Virus record (IMG/VR): IMGVR_UViG_3300023179_000009
Location: 372,001-436,000 of that record
Length of the DNA: 64,000 bases
Reading direction: 5' to 3' (one strand)
Shown: in pieces, positions 44,638 through 54,679 of the stretch
How the letters are laid out: each line of letters opens with the position of its first letter
Position numbering within the stretch: position 1 is the stretch's first letter
Program-made: the position numbers and the translations under genes
Notes under the pieces: model-generated
Databases searched by the model: none
Told to the model about the DNA's origin: nothing
What the model saw: the letters and a program-made list of their open reading frames with translations, nothing else

Positions 44638-45129
44638 ATGACTGTTCTAAAATTTGTAAATGATTTAGGTGTCGCCGCTTATGTGTTAATGCACGGCTAC
44701 ACTGTTGTTGGCAAAAAAGCAAAATCTATTTATTTTGAGTGTGAAAATATTGAATCATCTAAAGAATTTGATAAATTAGTTTTGGAATATCAACCACCAA
44801 ATGATTTTTACACATTTGACTCTTGTCTCATGTTTTTGAAAAAAATCAACGAAAGTGTTCCAGAGGTTATCGATGATAGAATACATAAGACTGTCGGTGA
44901 TCTTGGTGTGGCGGCTTATTTGTTGATGCATGAATATAGACCTAAAAGTATGGGCTTAAAGGTTATCGGCAAAAAAGGAAAATATGTATATTTCGAACAC
45001 CCCGAGGGTCGTGGCGACGACTTTGAAAGATTGAGCTACCAATATCTGCCTAGTCAATTCCAAGTTTATGATTCTAATTTGATGGCTTTGAAAAAAATTG
45101 GCGAACATATGCCGAAGAATAGACCTTAA
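44638..45129 (+). CDS. protein with two tandem DUF5659-like domains
   Basis: internal duplication of DLGVAAY[VL]LMH...GKK....FE...F..L...Y.P..F..[FY]DS.LM.LKKI. Confidence 0.7.
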   Translation: MTVLKFVNDLGVAAYVLMHGYTVVGKKAKSIYFECENIESSKEFDKLVLEYQPPNDFYTFDSCLMFLKKINESVPEVIDDRIHKTVGDLGVAAYLLMHEYRPKSMGLKVIGKKGKYVYFEHPEGRGDDFERLSYQYLPSQFQVYDSNLMALKKIGEHMPKNRP

Positions 45130-45178
45130 GAAAAGTTTTCTTTCGATATATATATTTAGAAATATCGAAAAGGTGACC

Positions 45179-48100
45179 ATGAAAAGTTTTATAGAGTATA
45201 GAAAAAACAAATTGCTTAAAGGCAATAAATTAAATATTCAAGAATCTATTATTGAATGCTTTGATCTTTTAAAATTAGATCTATTAAAATCTATAAAATT
45301 ACCGGATATCCTCTCTGAGAACACTAGAGTCAAAGCAATCACTGAATCTGCTTATGAAGTTTGTAAAAAAGAAGATTATCAAGACAATAAACAAATAATA
45401 GAATTAATAATTTCCGAATTTAAAAATAATTTTTGGTCACAATTGATATCGGAGGCGACTGCAACCGCTGAAAAAGAACCTAAGGTTACTGTTGATGATT
45501 TAAAAAAACAAATGTCGGATGAAATAGACTCGATGGTTGGCGAATTAAAACAATTAGTTTCTCGCTCATTATCTGCCTCAAGAACAACAACCGGAAATGA
45601 CGTTGAGGATGCAACAACAAGTTCAACCGAACCCGGTGAAGAAAATTCACCAACACCCAAACTTACCGCAAATCAAGCAAAATACATAAGTGATTTGTAT
45701 CAAAAATTAGGAAGAAACCCTCCGTCTGATCTTGATAAACTAAATCCTTTACAAGCCAGTAGGCTTATAGATCAATTAAAAAAACAAATAGGAGCGAGAA
45801 CAGGATCGCCTGCTCCATCTTCGTCTCAATTCAACGCCAATCAAACGACTAGCGGGGATGCTGGTGGTGAAGATTTTTCATTAGACGAACCTACTTCTTC
45901 GCCAGCCAGTTCTTCTCCACTTCCTAGTCAACAGGTTATGAATGGAAGATATGTTTTGCCAAATGATTGGAAAAGCAAATACGGAACAAGATATGGCACT
46001 GAGAGACCGACATATCCTGACGGGTTTAAACCAGCACCATATGGACACATGAGACCGAGCGATGGTTGGCTAGGTGGTTTGAAAAGAACAATTTGGGATC
46101 CTGCTACCGGCTGGCTAAAAAATAAAACCAGGAACTTTAGAAGACGCTGGCACAGAGATGAGTTTAGAGAACATTTTATTAATTTAGAAAATATATTCTT
46201 GGAAAATGCTGTGGAGATCATGAGTGATATTGACACATGGACCACAAGATTGAAAGATATTGTTTTAAATAAATACTTTGATCAAATTAAAAACTTTTTA
46301 AGTGGAGATGTTCAATCTTTGCCAAAAACCAAAGATTCCGTCGCCGGGAAAACTGGCGATGTTAGTCCAAGACAACAATCGCCCGCTGTTGATGCTGGAT
46401 CTGGTAAAGTTGATGACGACGATGTTGAATACGAAGACGATAATAAGGCCGAAGGCCCCACAGGTGATGTTCAACCCAAGAAATCAAATGATGCTTCCGT
46501 CGATTCCAATATTCAAAAAACTGATTTTACAAAGAAGGAAAGCATATCTGAAGGTGCAAATTTATTGAAGCTGACTTATAGGGACGATAAATTTTACACT
46601 TCTAATTCTAATGAAGAATTAGAGGGAAGTGTTTTGAGAAATTTTTTAATCAGGCAACTTTTAAAGATTTTTCAAAAAGATCAAAAATTACAAGATGAAG
46701 TTTGGAAATCAAAAGATCTAAAAGAAAGAGATGAAGCCGAAGCAAGGTTGGATAAAATTATTGCTAGCTCAATCAAAAGACCCACGGATTTTGAACTACA
46801 AATAATAAATGAATGGCTTGGTAAATTTGAATCTATTGCATTAACCGGCTATAGCAATAAAAAAACAAATTTTCCTTTAATTTTGGCATATTTCAAATGG
46901 CATAAAAAAGAAAAGTATGGGTTAGATATTAAAACCAATAAAAGAGAACCTAGAAAAACCGAGGGCGATGACTCTGGTGAGGTTGCAGCAAAAAAACAAG
47001 ATTTAACACCTGAGCAAAAAAAAGATTTGGAAGAATTCAATAGATTTAAAAAAGAATTCCCTAAAGCTTATAAAAAGTTAATTGATAGTTTCGAAGGCGG
47101 AACCGAAGAGGAGCGGATTAAAGATACCGAAGTTTGGGTTTTAGAGGCGGGCTTAGGAGAAGAATCTGAATTAAAACAAATTATTGAATTTCTAAAAAAA
47201 CAATCAGGTGAAGAGTCACAAGAATCAGGTGAAGAGTCACAAGAATCAGGTGAAGAGTCACAAGAATCAGGTGAAGAGTCACAAGAATTAAAAAAAAAAT
47301 CCCTAACTGATGAGGAATTTATTTTTAGTTTGCAAAAAAAATGGTTTGAGAACAATAAGTCAACATTAGATTTAAGAGATGTTTTAACAAACAAATTCAT
47401 TGACAGCGGGAAAGGGCCGCTAACATTAGATGATCTCAAAAATATAGTTAGTGATTTTGATTTGGAAGACAAAGATCAAATTGAAGAAGCTAGGCAAAAA
47501 GTTATGGATGCTGTTAGAAAGCACCCTATAACTTTGGAAAGAAAAAAAGTAAATAGAGATCAATTAAAAAAAACTAAAGACTCAGATGTAGTTGACCCCG
47601 AAACTACGACAATAAAAATAAATTCAAACAAAGAAGAAGAGAACCAGATTAAAGATGAACTGGACGAGAATGAAGTTTATCAAAGAATTTATGAAAAATA
47701 TCAAAATTATCTAATTAGCAAAGGCTCAAAAGGAGATGATTTAAGAAATGGCCTAGATTTGTTTGACGAAAAAATTATACAAGATATTTTATTGAAAGGC
47801 AAAGATAAAATTGAAGACATTCTATCTACGCAAGAAAGTCTTTTAGACAATTTGATTGAAAAAATCAAAAAAGATCCCGTACCCGAAAATTCGGATGTGC
47901 CCGAGGAGTTAGAGTCTTCTTTTGAAAAATTAGAAAGAGACACGCAGTACAAAGATTTGACAAAGCAATATGTTGATTCGTTGAGAGGTCAAGGAAAAGA
48001 TGAAGAAACTATAAAAAAAGAATTGCATAAAAAAACATTAAAACATGCAAAAGAAATGTTTGATCAAGAAAAAACAATAAAACAAATTGTTCAAGATTAT

Positions 48101-48772
48101 GAAAAAGAATTGGGCATAATCCCCGAAGAAAGTCCAGATAAAACTAAATCTTCGCAAAAGTCAGATTCTCAAGAAGAAATCAATAGGATCGCAAGAGATT
48201 CAGGGGAAATTACTCGAACATCTTCGGGAGATAATGAGGGAACAACTAAATTAGGTGAAGAAAAAAATATAGAAAAAACTATAAAAGACATAACAAAACA
48301 TGTTAAGTTGCAGGGCGGCAGTTTGTCTCTAAGAGATGGGAAACTTTTAATTAAAAACAGAGATAAATTAGATAAAAAAACTCAAAATTTAATTAAAAAA
48401 CACAGGGAAGAAATAATAGATTTTTTAACCCCAAAAGAAACAAGATCTCAGAAGACATCGCCAGAAGAAGCAATTGAAAAAAAAGTTAAGCCCGATGATA
48501 AAAAACTTGAAGAAATCCCTGAGAGATTAAAAAATATAGATGGATACGATTCATTGAGACAAGAAATAATAAAAATAATTGAGGGCAGCAATAATCAAGT
48601 GATGCGTAATATTTTAATGAGAAAAGAGTCAGAGTGGCTGGATTCAGATTTGGATGACAATCAAATAATAAAAAATTTAAGAGAATTAAAAAATCGTTTT
48701 GAGTCTCAAACAAGAAAAACTGAGGGTTTTTTGGGGATATTAAAAAGATTTAAAGAGTTAGTTAATTCATAA
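45179..48772 (+). CDS. large K/E-rich hypothetical protein, putative internal head protein
   Basis: ~1197 aa from MKSFIEY with an AAGGTG RBS; low complexity and helical. Confidence 0.75.
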   Translation: MKSFIEYRKNKLLKGNKLNIQESIIECFDLLKLDLLKSIKLPDILSENTRVKAITESAYEVCKKEDYQDNKQIIELIISEFKNNFWSQLISEATATAEKEPKVTVDDLKKQMSDEIDSMVGELKQLVSRSLSASRTTTGNDVEDATTSSTEPGEENSPTPKLTANQAKYISDLYQKLGRNPPSDLDKLNPLQASRLIDQLKKQIGARTGSPAPSSSQFNANQTTSGDAGGEDFSLDEPTSSPASSSPLPSQQVMNGRYVLPNDWKSKYGTRYGTERPTYPDGFKPAPYGHMRPSDGWLGGLKRTIWDPATGWLKNKTRNFRRRWHRDEFREHFINLENIFLENAVEIMSDIDTWTTRLKDIVLNKYFDQIKNFLSGDVQSLPKTKDSVAGKTGDVSPRQQSPAVDAGSGKVDDDDVEYEDDNKAEGPTGDVQPKKSNDASVDSNIQKTDFTKKESISEGANLLKLTYRDDKFYTSNSNEELEGSVLRNFLIRQLLKIFQKDQKLQDEVWKSKDLKERDEAEARLDKIIASSIKRPTDFELQIINEWLGKFESIALTGYSNKKTNFPLILAYFKWHKKEKYGLDIKTNKREPRKTEGDDSGEVAAKKQDLTPEQKKDLEEFNRFKKEFPKAYKKLIDSFEGGTEEERIKDTEVWVLEAGLGEESELKQIIEFLKKQSGEESQESGEESQESGEESQESGEESQELKKKSLTDEEFIFSLQKKWFENNKSTLDLRDVLTNKFIDSGKGPLTLDDLKNIVSDFDLEDKDQIEEARQKVMDAVRKHPITLERKKVNRDQLKKTKDSDVVDPETTTIKINSNKEEENQIKDELDENEVYQRIYEKYQNYLISKGSKGDDLRNGLDLFDEKIIQDILLKGKDKIEDILSTQESLLDNLIEKIKKDPVPENSDVPEELESSFEKLERDTQYKDLTKQYVDSLRGQGKDEETIKKELHKKTLKHAKEMFDQEKTIKQIVQDYEKELGIIPEESPDKTKSSQKSDSQEEINRIARDSGEITRTSSGDNEGTTKLGEEKNIEKTIKDITKHVKLQGGSLSLRDGKLLIKNRDKLDKKTQNLIKKHREEIIDFLTPKETRSQKTSPEEAIEKKVKPDDKKLEEIPERLKNIDGYDSLRQEIIKIIEGSNNQVMRNILMRKESEWLDSDLDDNQIIKNLRELKNRFESQTRKTEGFLGILKRFKELVNS
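47202..47288 (+). repeat. 21-bp tandem repeat, 4 copies (SGEESQE)
   Basis: AATCAGGTGAAGAGTCACAAG repeated four times in frame. Confidence 0.95.
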
Positions 48773-49255
48773 TTATTTTTTAAATATCTGATCCTGTGCT
48801 TCGAATGTTCTTCTAGATTGTTCAGCTAAACTTTCTAAACTTGCTATATCAACAAAAGAAGCATCTCCTTGCTGATCCTGCTCTGCTTCTTTTTTTTCAA
48901 TAATAGGAAGAGTTTCTTGTTGGGGTTTGTTTTTTACTTTTGCTTTTATATCGCTTTCTAACTTCTCTCCAGTTCTTTCTTCATATTCTTTTATCATTAA
49001 AGCGTGTTCGGGATTGCTTGAATCTAATTCAACTTCTTCATGAATTGAAATTATATGTTGCGTTGTGAAAAAACTCACAAGGTCATCGTTGTATGGGTGT
49101 GTTCCCCAAATTCCATCAGAATTTATAGTTTGAACTCTAATGACGAAGTGTTCACGAGAAATAGTTTCATCAAAACTTCTATTCATAGATGTGGTCACAA
49201 CACTACACACTTTTCCAACAAAATATTGAAGTTCTTTGATTGTGTTTGAAGTCAT
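48773..49255 (-). CDS. hypothetical protein
   Basis: 160-aa ORF convergent with the preceding gene. Confidence 0.7.
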   Translation of the reverse strand: MTSNTIKELQYFVGKVCSVVTTSMNRSFDETISREHFVIRVQTINSDGIWGTHPYNDDLVSFFTTQHIISIHEEVELDSSNPEHALMIKEYEERTGEKLESDIKAKVKNKPQQETLPIIEKKEAEQDQQGDASFVDIASLESLAEQSRRTFEAQDQIFKK

Positions 49256-49287
49256 AATTTTTTAAATAATAATGGTAAATAAATTAT

Positions 49288-49611
49288 ATGCCATCAAAAA
49301 GCAAAAGTCAACAAAGATTGTTTGGAATAATTCATTCTTGTCAAAAGAATGAAAAGAAAAAGATATGCTCAGAGCCTAGTATTAAAAAAATTATACAAAA
49401 TATTAGTAAAAAAGACGCAAAAGATTTTGCCAGCACAAAACATGAAGATTTGCCCGAGAGGTTGGAGAGTTTTAAAAATTGGCTTGAAAGCCAAAAAGGA
49501 GAAAAAATGGAAGAAAACAAATGTATGTGCGATTGCCCACCTTGCAAAAGTGGCGATTGCTCAAGCTGCACCTGCAAAAATTGTAAATGTGAAAACTGCA
49601 CTTGCAACTAA
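49288..49611 (+). CDS. DUF3008-like protein with C-terminal metallothionein-like segment
   Basis: MPSKSKSQQRLFG...KDFASTKHEDLPER N-domain; the last 34 aa contain 11 Cys. Confidence 0.7.
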   Translation: MPSKSKSQQRLFGIIHSCQKNEKKKICSEPSIKKIIQNISKKDAKDFASTKHEDLPERLESFKNWLESQKGEKMEENKCMCDCPPCKSGDCSSCTCKNCKCENCTCN

Positions 49612-50669
49612 ATTTTATTTGCCAAAAGTATAGGGCGAGTGTCTTTTGTAAACAATTTAATGTATTTGTTTACGTAAGATACTAGTGTTTCTAAATTTTT
49701 ATTTACTAAAAGACCATTCCAATCTTTGTAGATTTTAGGTGGTCTAACGAAGTATATTTCTTTAAATCCTTTTGAAAGCAAATTTTCGCCAATATTAAGC
49801 ATTGCCTCCAAGCCAGCCTCATCTGAGTCGAATGCTAAAACCGGCACAAAGTCTTTAATTAAATCTATTTGTGTTTCTGATAAGAATTTACCGCCACAAG
49901 CACAAGCATTTAATCCTGCTTGTTTAATTGTGAGTGCATCAAACTCTCCCTCCATTATAAACAATTTTTCTCCTAAACAATTCCAATTAGTCATAAATAA
50001 AACATTTTTTTGATCCACTACAGAGGTGGGGCATTTCATATATCGAAGTGTATTCCTCCGATCTGTTATGGATCTTGCGTTGTAATAAATTAAATTACTA
50101 GATTTATCATAATATGGAATAACTATTCTATTTTTGTATTCGCCCGAAACACAAACATATAAACCTTCACAATTTATTTTTCTGGCAGTTAGGTATTGTT
50201 CGGCTTTTTTCTTCATAAAATGATGAGGGTATTCCGCCGAGATCAAATAGGAATGGGGCGGCAACTGGAGATCGACTTTTTTTTCTTTGTCTTCGTGTCT
50301 GACAATATTGTTGCTTTGATTAAAGAAATCATGAACTTTTTCTTCGAGATCACGAAGAGAAGAACCCTCAGATATTCTGTATTCGGCTTCTTCCCAGTCA
50401 ACTTTATCTAGTTCTGAAACCAAGCCAACCAAGGATCCCATTTGGTCCGTCAACCAACATCTATATGATCCGAATTCAGGATGTTTAGACTTTCCCCCGC
50501 TTGGATTCATCCATAAGTGAAATTTGTTGTCTGTTTTGCCGAGTTTATCCTCTGACCAAGGAGAATTAGTACATATTTCTGTTCCGTGTGCTGTGTTTCT
50601 AAGTTTTATGTTATGCTCTCCAAACTTTTGTTTAGACCATTCATAAAACAAATCAAAATCAACTGACAT
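49608..50669 (-). CDS. DNA primase (zinc-binding domain + TOPRIM)
   Basis: YLTARKI, NRIVIPYYD, YNARSI, MEGEFDALT, AFDSDEAG, KDWN. Confidence 0.88.
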   Translation of the reverse strand: MSVDFDLFYEWSKQKFGEHNIKLRNTAHGTEICTNSPWSEDKLGKTDNKFHLWMNPSGGKSKHPEFGSYRCWLTDQMGSLVGLVSELDKVDWEEAEYRISEGSSLRDLEEKVHDFFNQSNNIVRHEDKEKKVDLQLPPHSYLISAEYPHHFMKKKAEQYLTARKINCEGLYVCVSGEYKNRIVIPYYDKSSNLIYYNARSITDRRNTLRYMKCPTSVVDQKNVLFMTNWNCLGEKLFIMEGEFDALTIKQAGLNACACGGKFLSETQIDLIKDFVPVLAFDSDEAGLEAMLNIGENLLSKGFKEIYFVRPPKIYKDWNGLLVNKNLETLVSYVNKYIKLFTKDTRPILLANKI

Positions 50670-50685
50670 TTTGTTTTCCTCGCTG

Positions 50686-50714
50686 TTGATTTATATCAGA
50701 ATTTTTAGGATAAT
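50686..50714 (+). promoter_or_regulatory. putative sigma70-type promoter
   Basis: TTGATT-17 nt-GATAAT upstream of the nuclease gene. Confidence 0.4.
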
Positions 50715-50734
50715 TCAACTTTGAGGAAATTTTT

Positions 50735-51571
50735 ATGGATATAAATCACCTGTCAGTTAGTAGAAAAAAGACATTCGATCAGTGTTCGCAGTTATACAAA
50801 TTCAAATATCATCTCAAAACACCTTCGCCGCAACCAGAGCCTTTTTACTTTGTGTATGGAAATTTGGTTCACAAAATAGCGGAGTTGTATGTTGCCGAAA
50901 AGGGGTCTAAAGCAATAGACAAAATAGCCTTAGATGTGCTGCATGGAAAAATCGAATTAAAAGAGGGCAAAAAATGTCCCAAATTGCCAAAAGAATATCA
51001 AAATAAAATAGGCAAAGACATAAAGGCAATTAAAAATTTAACAAAAAAAATAGGATTTGATGGTTATGTTGAATATGATTTTACTTACGATTTGGACCCG
51101 CCAAACAAAAAAAATGTTATAGGTTTTATAGACCGATTGATAATAAAGGAAGATTCAAAACAAAAAAAAGCTTTTATAATTGATTATAAGACAACCAAAA
51201 AAGGAAAACATCGACTTAACAACGAAACTGTTTTATATGACTTACAACTTAGATGTTACTGTAGAGTGGTTCAAAAAATATTTGACATACCAGCGTCGAA
51301 TATAAAGGCGGCACTTTTTTATTTAGATGGAGAAAATTTGATCGCTGCCCAATACAACCAAGACTCACTAGATAGGGTTGAAAAAGAATTAAAAAATGGA
51401 TATGTGACTATTGAAGAAACAAAATCAGAAACAGTTCGTGGTAGTGTTGGGTGGCACTGCAAAAACTGTGAGTATTCGAGCATTTGTCAATTTTATAAAT
51501 CCCAAAATCAATCAAATGAATCTTGGAATGGGGATTTGTTGGAATTGGGACACGATAATTCTTGGAATTAA
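50735..51571 (+). CDS. PD-(D/E)XK exonuclease (Cas4/RecB/AddB-like) with 4-Cys Fe-S staple
   Basis: LSVS...FDQC, GNLVH, GFIDRL, IIDYKT, QLRCY, CKNCEYSSIC. Confidence 0.88.
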   Translation: MDINHLSVSRKKTFDQCSQLYKFKYHLKTPSPQPEPFYFVYGNLVHKIAELYVAEKGSKAIDKIALDVLHGKIELKEGKKCPKLPKEYQNKIGKDIKAIKNLTKKIGFDGYVEYDFTYDLDPPNKKNVIGFIDRLIIKEDSKQKKAFIIDYKTTKKGKHRLNNETVLYDLQLRCYCRVVQKIFDIPASNIKAALFYLDGENLIAAQYNQDSLDRVEKELKNGYVTIEETKSETVRGSVGWHCKNCEYSSICQFYKSQNQSNESWNGDLLELGHDNSWN

Positions 51572-52461
51572 TTTTTGGGTAAAGGAATATAGTCTTCTGG
51601 GTAAATGCCCTGCGGATTATTTCTATCTATAATAGGTAATTTTCTTGCCCAACTAGATCCAATTTCGTTTAGCCACCCAAATCCTTGTTGTTCGTTGATT
51701 TCTCTTAACACTTTTAATGGTGTAAACAAACCATTCCCGTTTCCTTGTATGTCAGTTGTCCCCCAGCATATTCCAACAAAAAAATCTTCTGACATTAAAC
51801 CGCCACCGGATCTTCCTGGTCTTGGGCTATTCTCTGTTGTTACTATATCTGGCCCTCTTTCGCCTAGATAACGAACATCGTAGTGGGCAACTTCTCTACC
51901 ACCATCGCAACCAAGAGAATGCAATCTCACGTTTGTGTTAAAGTTAAAATCTGGTGGGGATATTGGAAAGTAGTTTGGAACCCAATCTGGTTTAAATTTT
52001 ACTAAACTACAATCTCTGCCTCTATCATTAAAATAAAAAAGAACTTCGGCTTTGTATGATTTTGGTTTATCTAATTTAGTTTCATTGTGATACCAAGTTA
52101 TTACGTCGCAATTTAATTTTTTTTTGGCACCATCTTCGGCATTCATGTTCCCAGACCACAGGTGACCGCAAGATTGAACATAAGCATAATTTTCCTTTGT
52201 GTCATAAAAAATTATAGTTCCAGAGCCGGATGCGTTTTTGACCGATATTTTTATACTTACACATAACCATTTTTTAAATTTTTCATCTCTTTGATCTATC
52301 GGAACTCCGCCAATTGCCAAATGTGCATATGGGTCATCCCCAACAATTGGCATTGGCTCCACTGGCTTGGTTATTTTATTTTTTTCTAAATATTTAGTGA
52401 AAAATAGAAAAACCAAAGAGCTAAAAATTAAAAATAAAAAAAATAAAATTTTTTTAGTCAT
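51568..52461 (-). CDS. trypsin-like (S1) serine protease with N-terminal membrane anchor
   Basis: GSGTII, SCGH (His), RDCSL (Asp), PGRSGGGL (Ser); hydrophobic N-terminus. Confidence 0.85.
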   Translation of the reverse strand: MTKKILFFLFLIFSSLVFLFFTKYLEKNKITKPVEPMPIVGDDPYAHLAIGGVPIDQRDEKFKKWLCVSIKISVKNASGSGTIIFYDTKENYAYVQSCGHLWSGNMNAEDGAKKKLNCDVITWYHNETKLDKPKSYKAEVLFYFNDRGRDCSLVKFKPDWVPNYFPISPPDFNFNTNVRLHSLGCDGGREVAHYDVRYLGERGPDIVTTENSPRPGRSGGGLMSEDFFVGICWGTTDIQGNGNGLFTPLKVLREINEQQGFGWLNEIGSSWARKLPIIDRNNPQGIYPEDYIPLPKN

Positions 52462-52484
52462 TCGTTCCTTTACTATATTAATTT

Positions 52485-52907
52485 ATGCTTAAACTAACAA
52501 TTAATCACAATATTTATGTTTCGAGAGAACAATCTTATCTCCTTCATCAAGGAAAAGAAGTAACAACAATAGGTGCTAGTGTCCCTGTGTGGTTTTATAA
52601 TAAAGTTTCTTCTGAGCCTGCGATAGAAGTTTTTTGTAAATATTATATAAAAAACCCTAAAAAAGAAGTGCCCATAAAAATTTTAGAGGATGGTTACGAA
52701 ATAAACTTGCCTTTTCAAGAAAAGTCTATTGATGGTAAAGAAATTTCTTCAAAAAGTCTTCTGGATATATGCGACGGAGGATCTGAGTTTTTGAATTACA
52801 GAGAACTAAACAAAGTTTTAGTAAAAGATAAAACTTTGAGTATTATGCATTATATAACAATAAATAGACTAGAAAAAATAGAAGAAACTTTTAATCAAGG
52901 TTTTTAA
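52485..52907 (+). CDS. hypothetical protein
   Basis: 140 aa; ACTATATTA box 4 nt upstream. Confidence 0.65.
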   Translation: MLKLTINHNIYVSREQSYLLHQGKEVTTIGASVPVWFYNKVSSEPAIEVFCKYYIKNPKKEVPIKILEDGYEINLPFQEKSIDGKEISSKSLLDICDGGSEFLNYRELNKVLVKDKTLSIMHYITINRLEKIEETFNQGF

Positions 52908-52932
52908 CTAATTTCTTTTAAGGCTTAGCATT

Positions 52933-53454
52933 TCATGGGCAATCACGTATTTGCATGCCAATTCTCAAAGTAACCGAATCGCCCACATTAAGCGATATCA
53001 CATCAGACAATACAGCAGTTGATATGAGCCTGTAGGTGTTTTGAACCTCTGCCGCTAAAAATAAATTGGATACCGGTCCCCAAGATCCTGCCGTGGATCT
53101 AAAGGCAACTATTGGGCTTGTTGCAACATAATGATCTTGAATAAAATTAATTGCAAAATCTCCCGAAGAGGATAATTCTGCTCTTTGATAACCTCCACCA
53201 AAAGGCTCTCCTATTAAATCATTCATCACATCATCTACATTGACTTGCTGTCTTCTGTCTAGTCCCAAATAATAGAAATTTGGAATAATAGTACTGTTTT
53301 TTCCACCCACAAAAGCCGCCTGTAAGAGAAATTGCTCTCCTTCTTGGTGTAAAATGTTTTTAATATTTTTTTCTTCCCAAAGAATATTTCCAAGATAATC
53401 CCTGTGTTGGATTTCTTGTATCTTCATTATTCCAGGCCAATTTTTGTTTTTCAT
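52933..53454 (-). CDS. putative tail/baseplate structural protein, distant paralog of 29811..30284
   Basis: KNILHQEGEQFLL, YLGL, GGYQR, WGPVSNLFL, LNVGDSVTL pattern. Confidence 0.55.
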   Translation of the reverse strand: MKNKNWPGIMKIQEIQHRDYLGNILWEEKNIKNILHQEGEQFLLQAAFVGGKNSTIIPNFYYLGLDRRQQVNVDDVMNDLIGEPFGGGYQRAELSSSGDFAINFIQDHYVATSPIVAFRSTAGSWGPVSNLFLAAEVQNTYRLISTAVLSDVISLNVGDSVTLRIGMQIRDCP

Positions 53455-53504
53455 AAATTTTTATTATCCTTTTCTAGATATTATAGCAAATTTAAAAAAA
53501 TACT

Positions 53505-53705
53505 ATGAAATTTAAAAATTGGATCCAAAAAGAAAATCTTGCTGGTCCCGGTGGAGGGCCAAGTTTTTCTCCCGAAGATCAAGAGGCTTTAAACCTAAAC
53601 ATTTCAACAAGAGGGGCCGGAGCTTTTCCTAATTTTTCTCAAAAAATAAAGTTTATGTCGAAAAATAAAAACGAAAAGATACGACAAAAAAAGTTAATTT
53701 TTTAA
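53505..53705 (+). CDS. small hypothetical protein
   Basis: 66 aa starting MKFKNWIQKE. Confidence 0.55.
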   Translation: MKFKNWIQKENLAGPGGGPSFSPEDQEALNLNISTRGAGAFPNFSQKIKFMSKNKNEKIRQKKLIF

Positions 53706-53709
53706 ATTT

Positions 53710-54216
<507 letters not shown>

Positions 54217-54246
54217 TTTCTACTCCGGGTTAAAGGGACAAATGTT

Positions 54247-54275
54247 ATATTAGAAAAAATTTTAAAATTTTGCAA
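54247..54275 (-). promoter_or_regulatory. putative sigma70-type early promoter of the acidic protein gene
   Basis: minus strand TTGCAA-17 nt-TAATAT with an A/T-tract spacer. Confidence 0.45.
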
Positions 54276-54364
54276 ATTTTTTCTAACTTAAAATTCAAAG
54301 TCTCAAAGTTGTAATCAATTTGAGAAAAAATATTTTATATAAATAAACTTATATGTCCATAGTC

Positions 54365-54679
54365 TTAAAAATAAATTTTATGTCTTAAAAAACAATCTTT
54401 TTTAAGATTGTTTTTGTTGATGGGACATATCTTTTTCTCAACAACTTGCACTTGTTTTCCAAATTGATCTTGTTTAAAAGTAACTATTGTTTGCAATTTA
54501 CCATATTTTTTTTGCCACAAATCTAAAGGAGAATCACCTAAGGCCAAAGATGGACTATTGCAGTTTGATTTTTGCTGGCAACAGCCGCAACCGCTATTGT
54601 TCTCGGGCTTTTTTCTTCTTTGATATTCTAGGGAAGATTTGCCGGGACTATAGTCAAAACAAGACATTTTTAACCTCAA
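54365..54679 (-). CDS. small basic Cys-containing hypothetical protein
   Basis: 104 aa, CGCCQQKSNC; coupled to the protease gene. Confidence 0.55.
   Translation of the reverse strand: MRLKMSCFDYSPGKSSLEYQRRKKPENNSGCGCCQQKSNCNSPSLALGDSPLDLWQKKYGKLQTIVTFKQDQFGKQVQVVEKKICPINKNNLKKDCFLRHKIYF

Noticed and set aside
50735-51571. CRISPR-Cas locus (cas4)
   Set aside because: No repeat-spacer array or other cas genes are present; solo Cas4-like nucleases are common in phages
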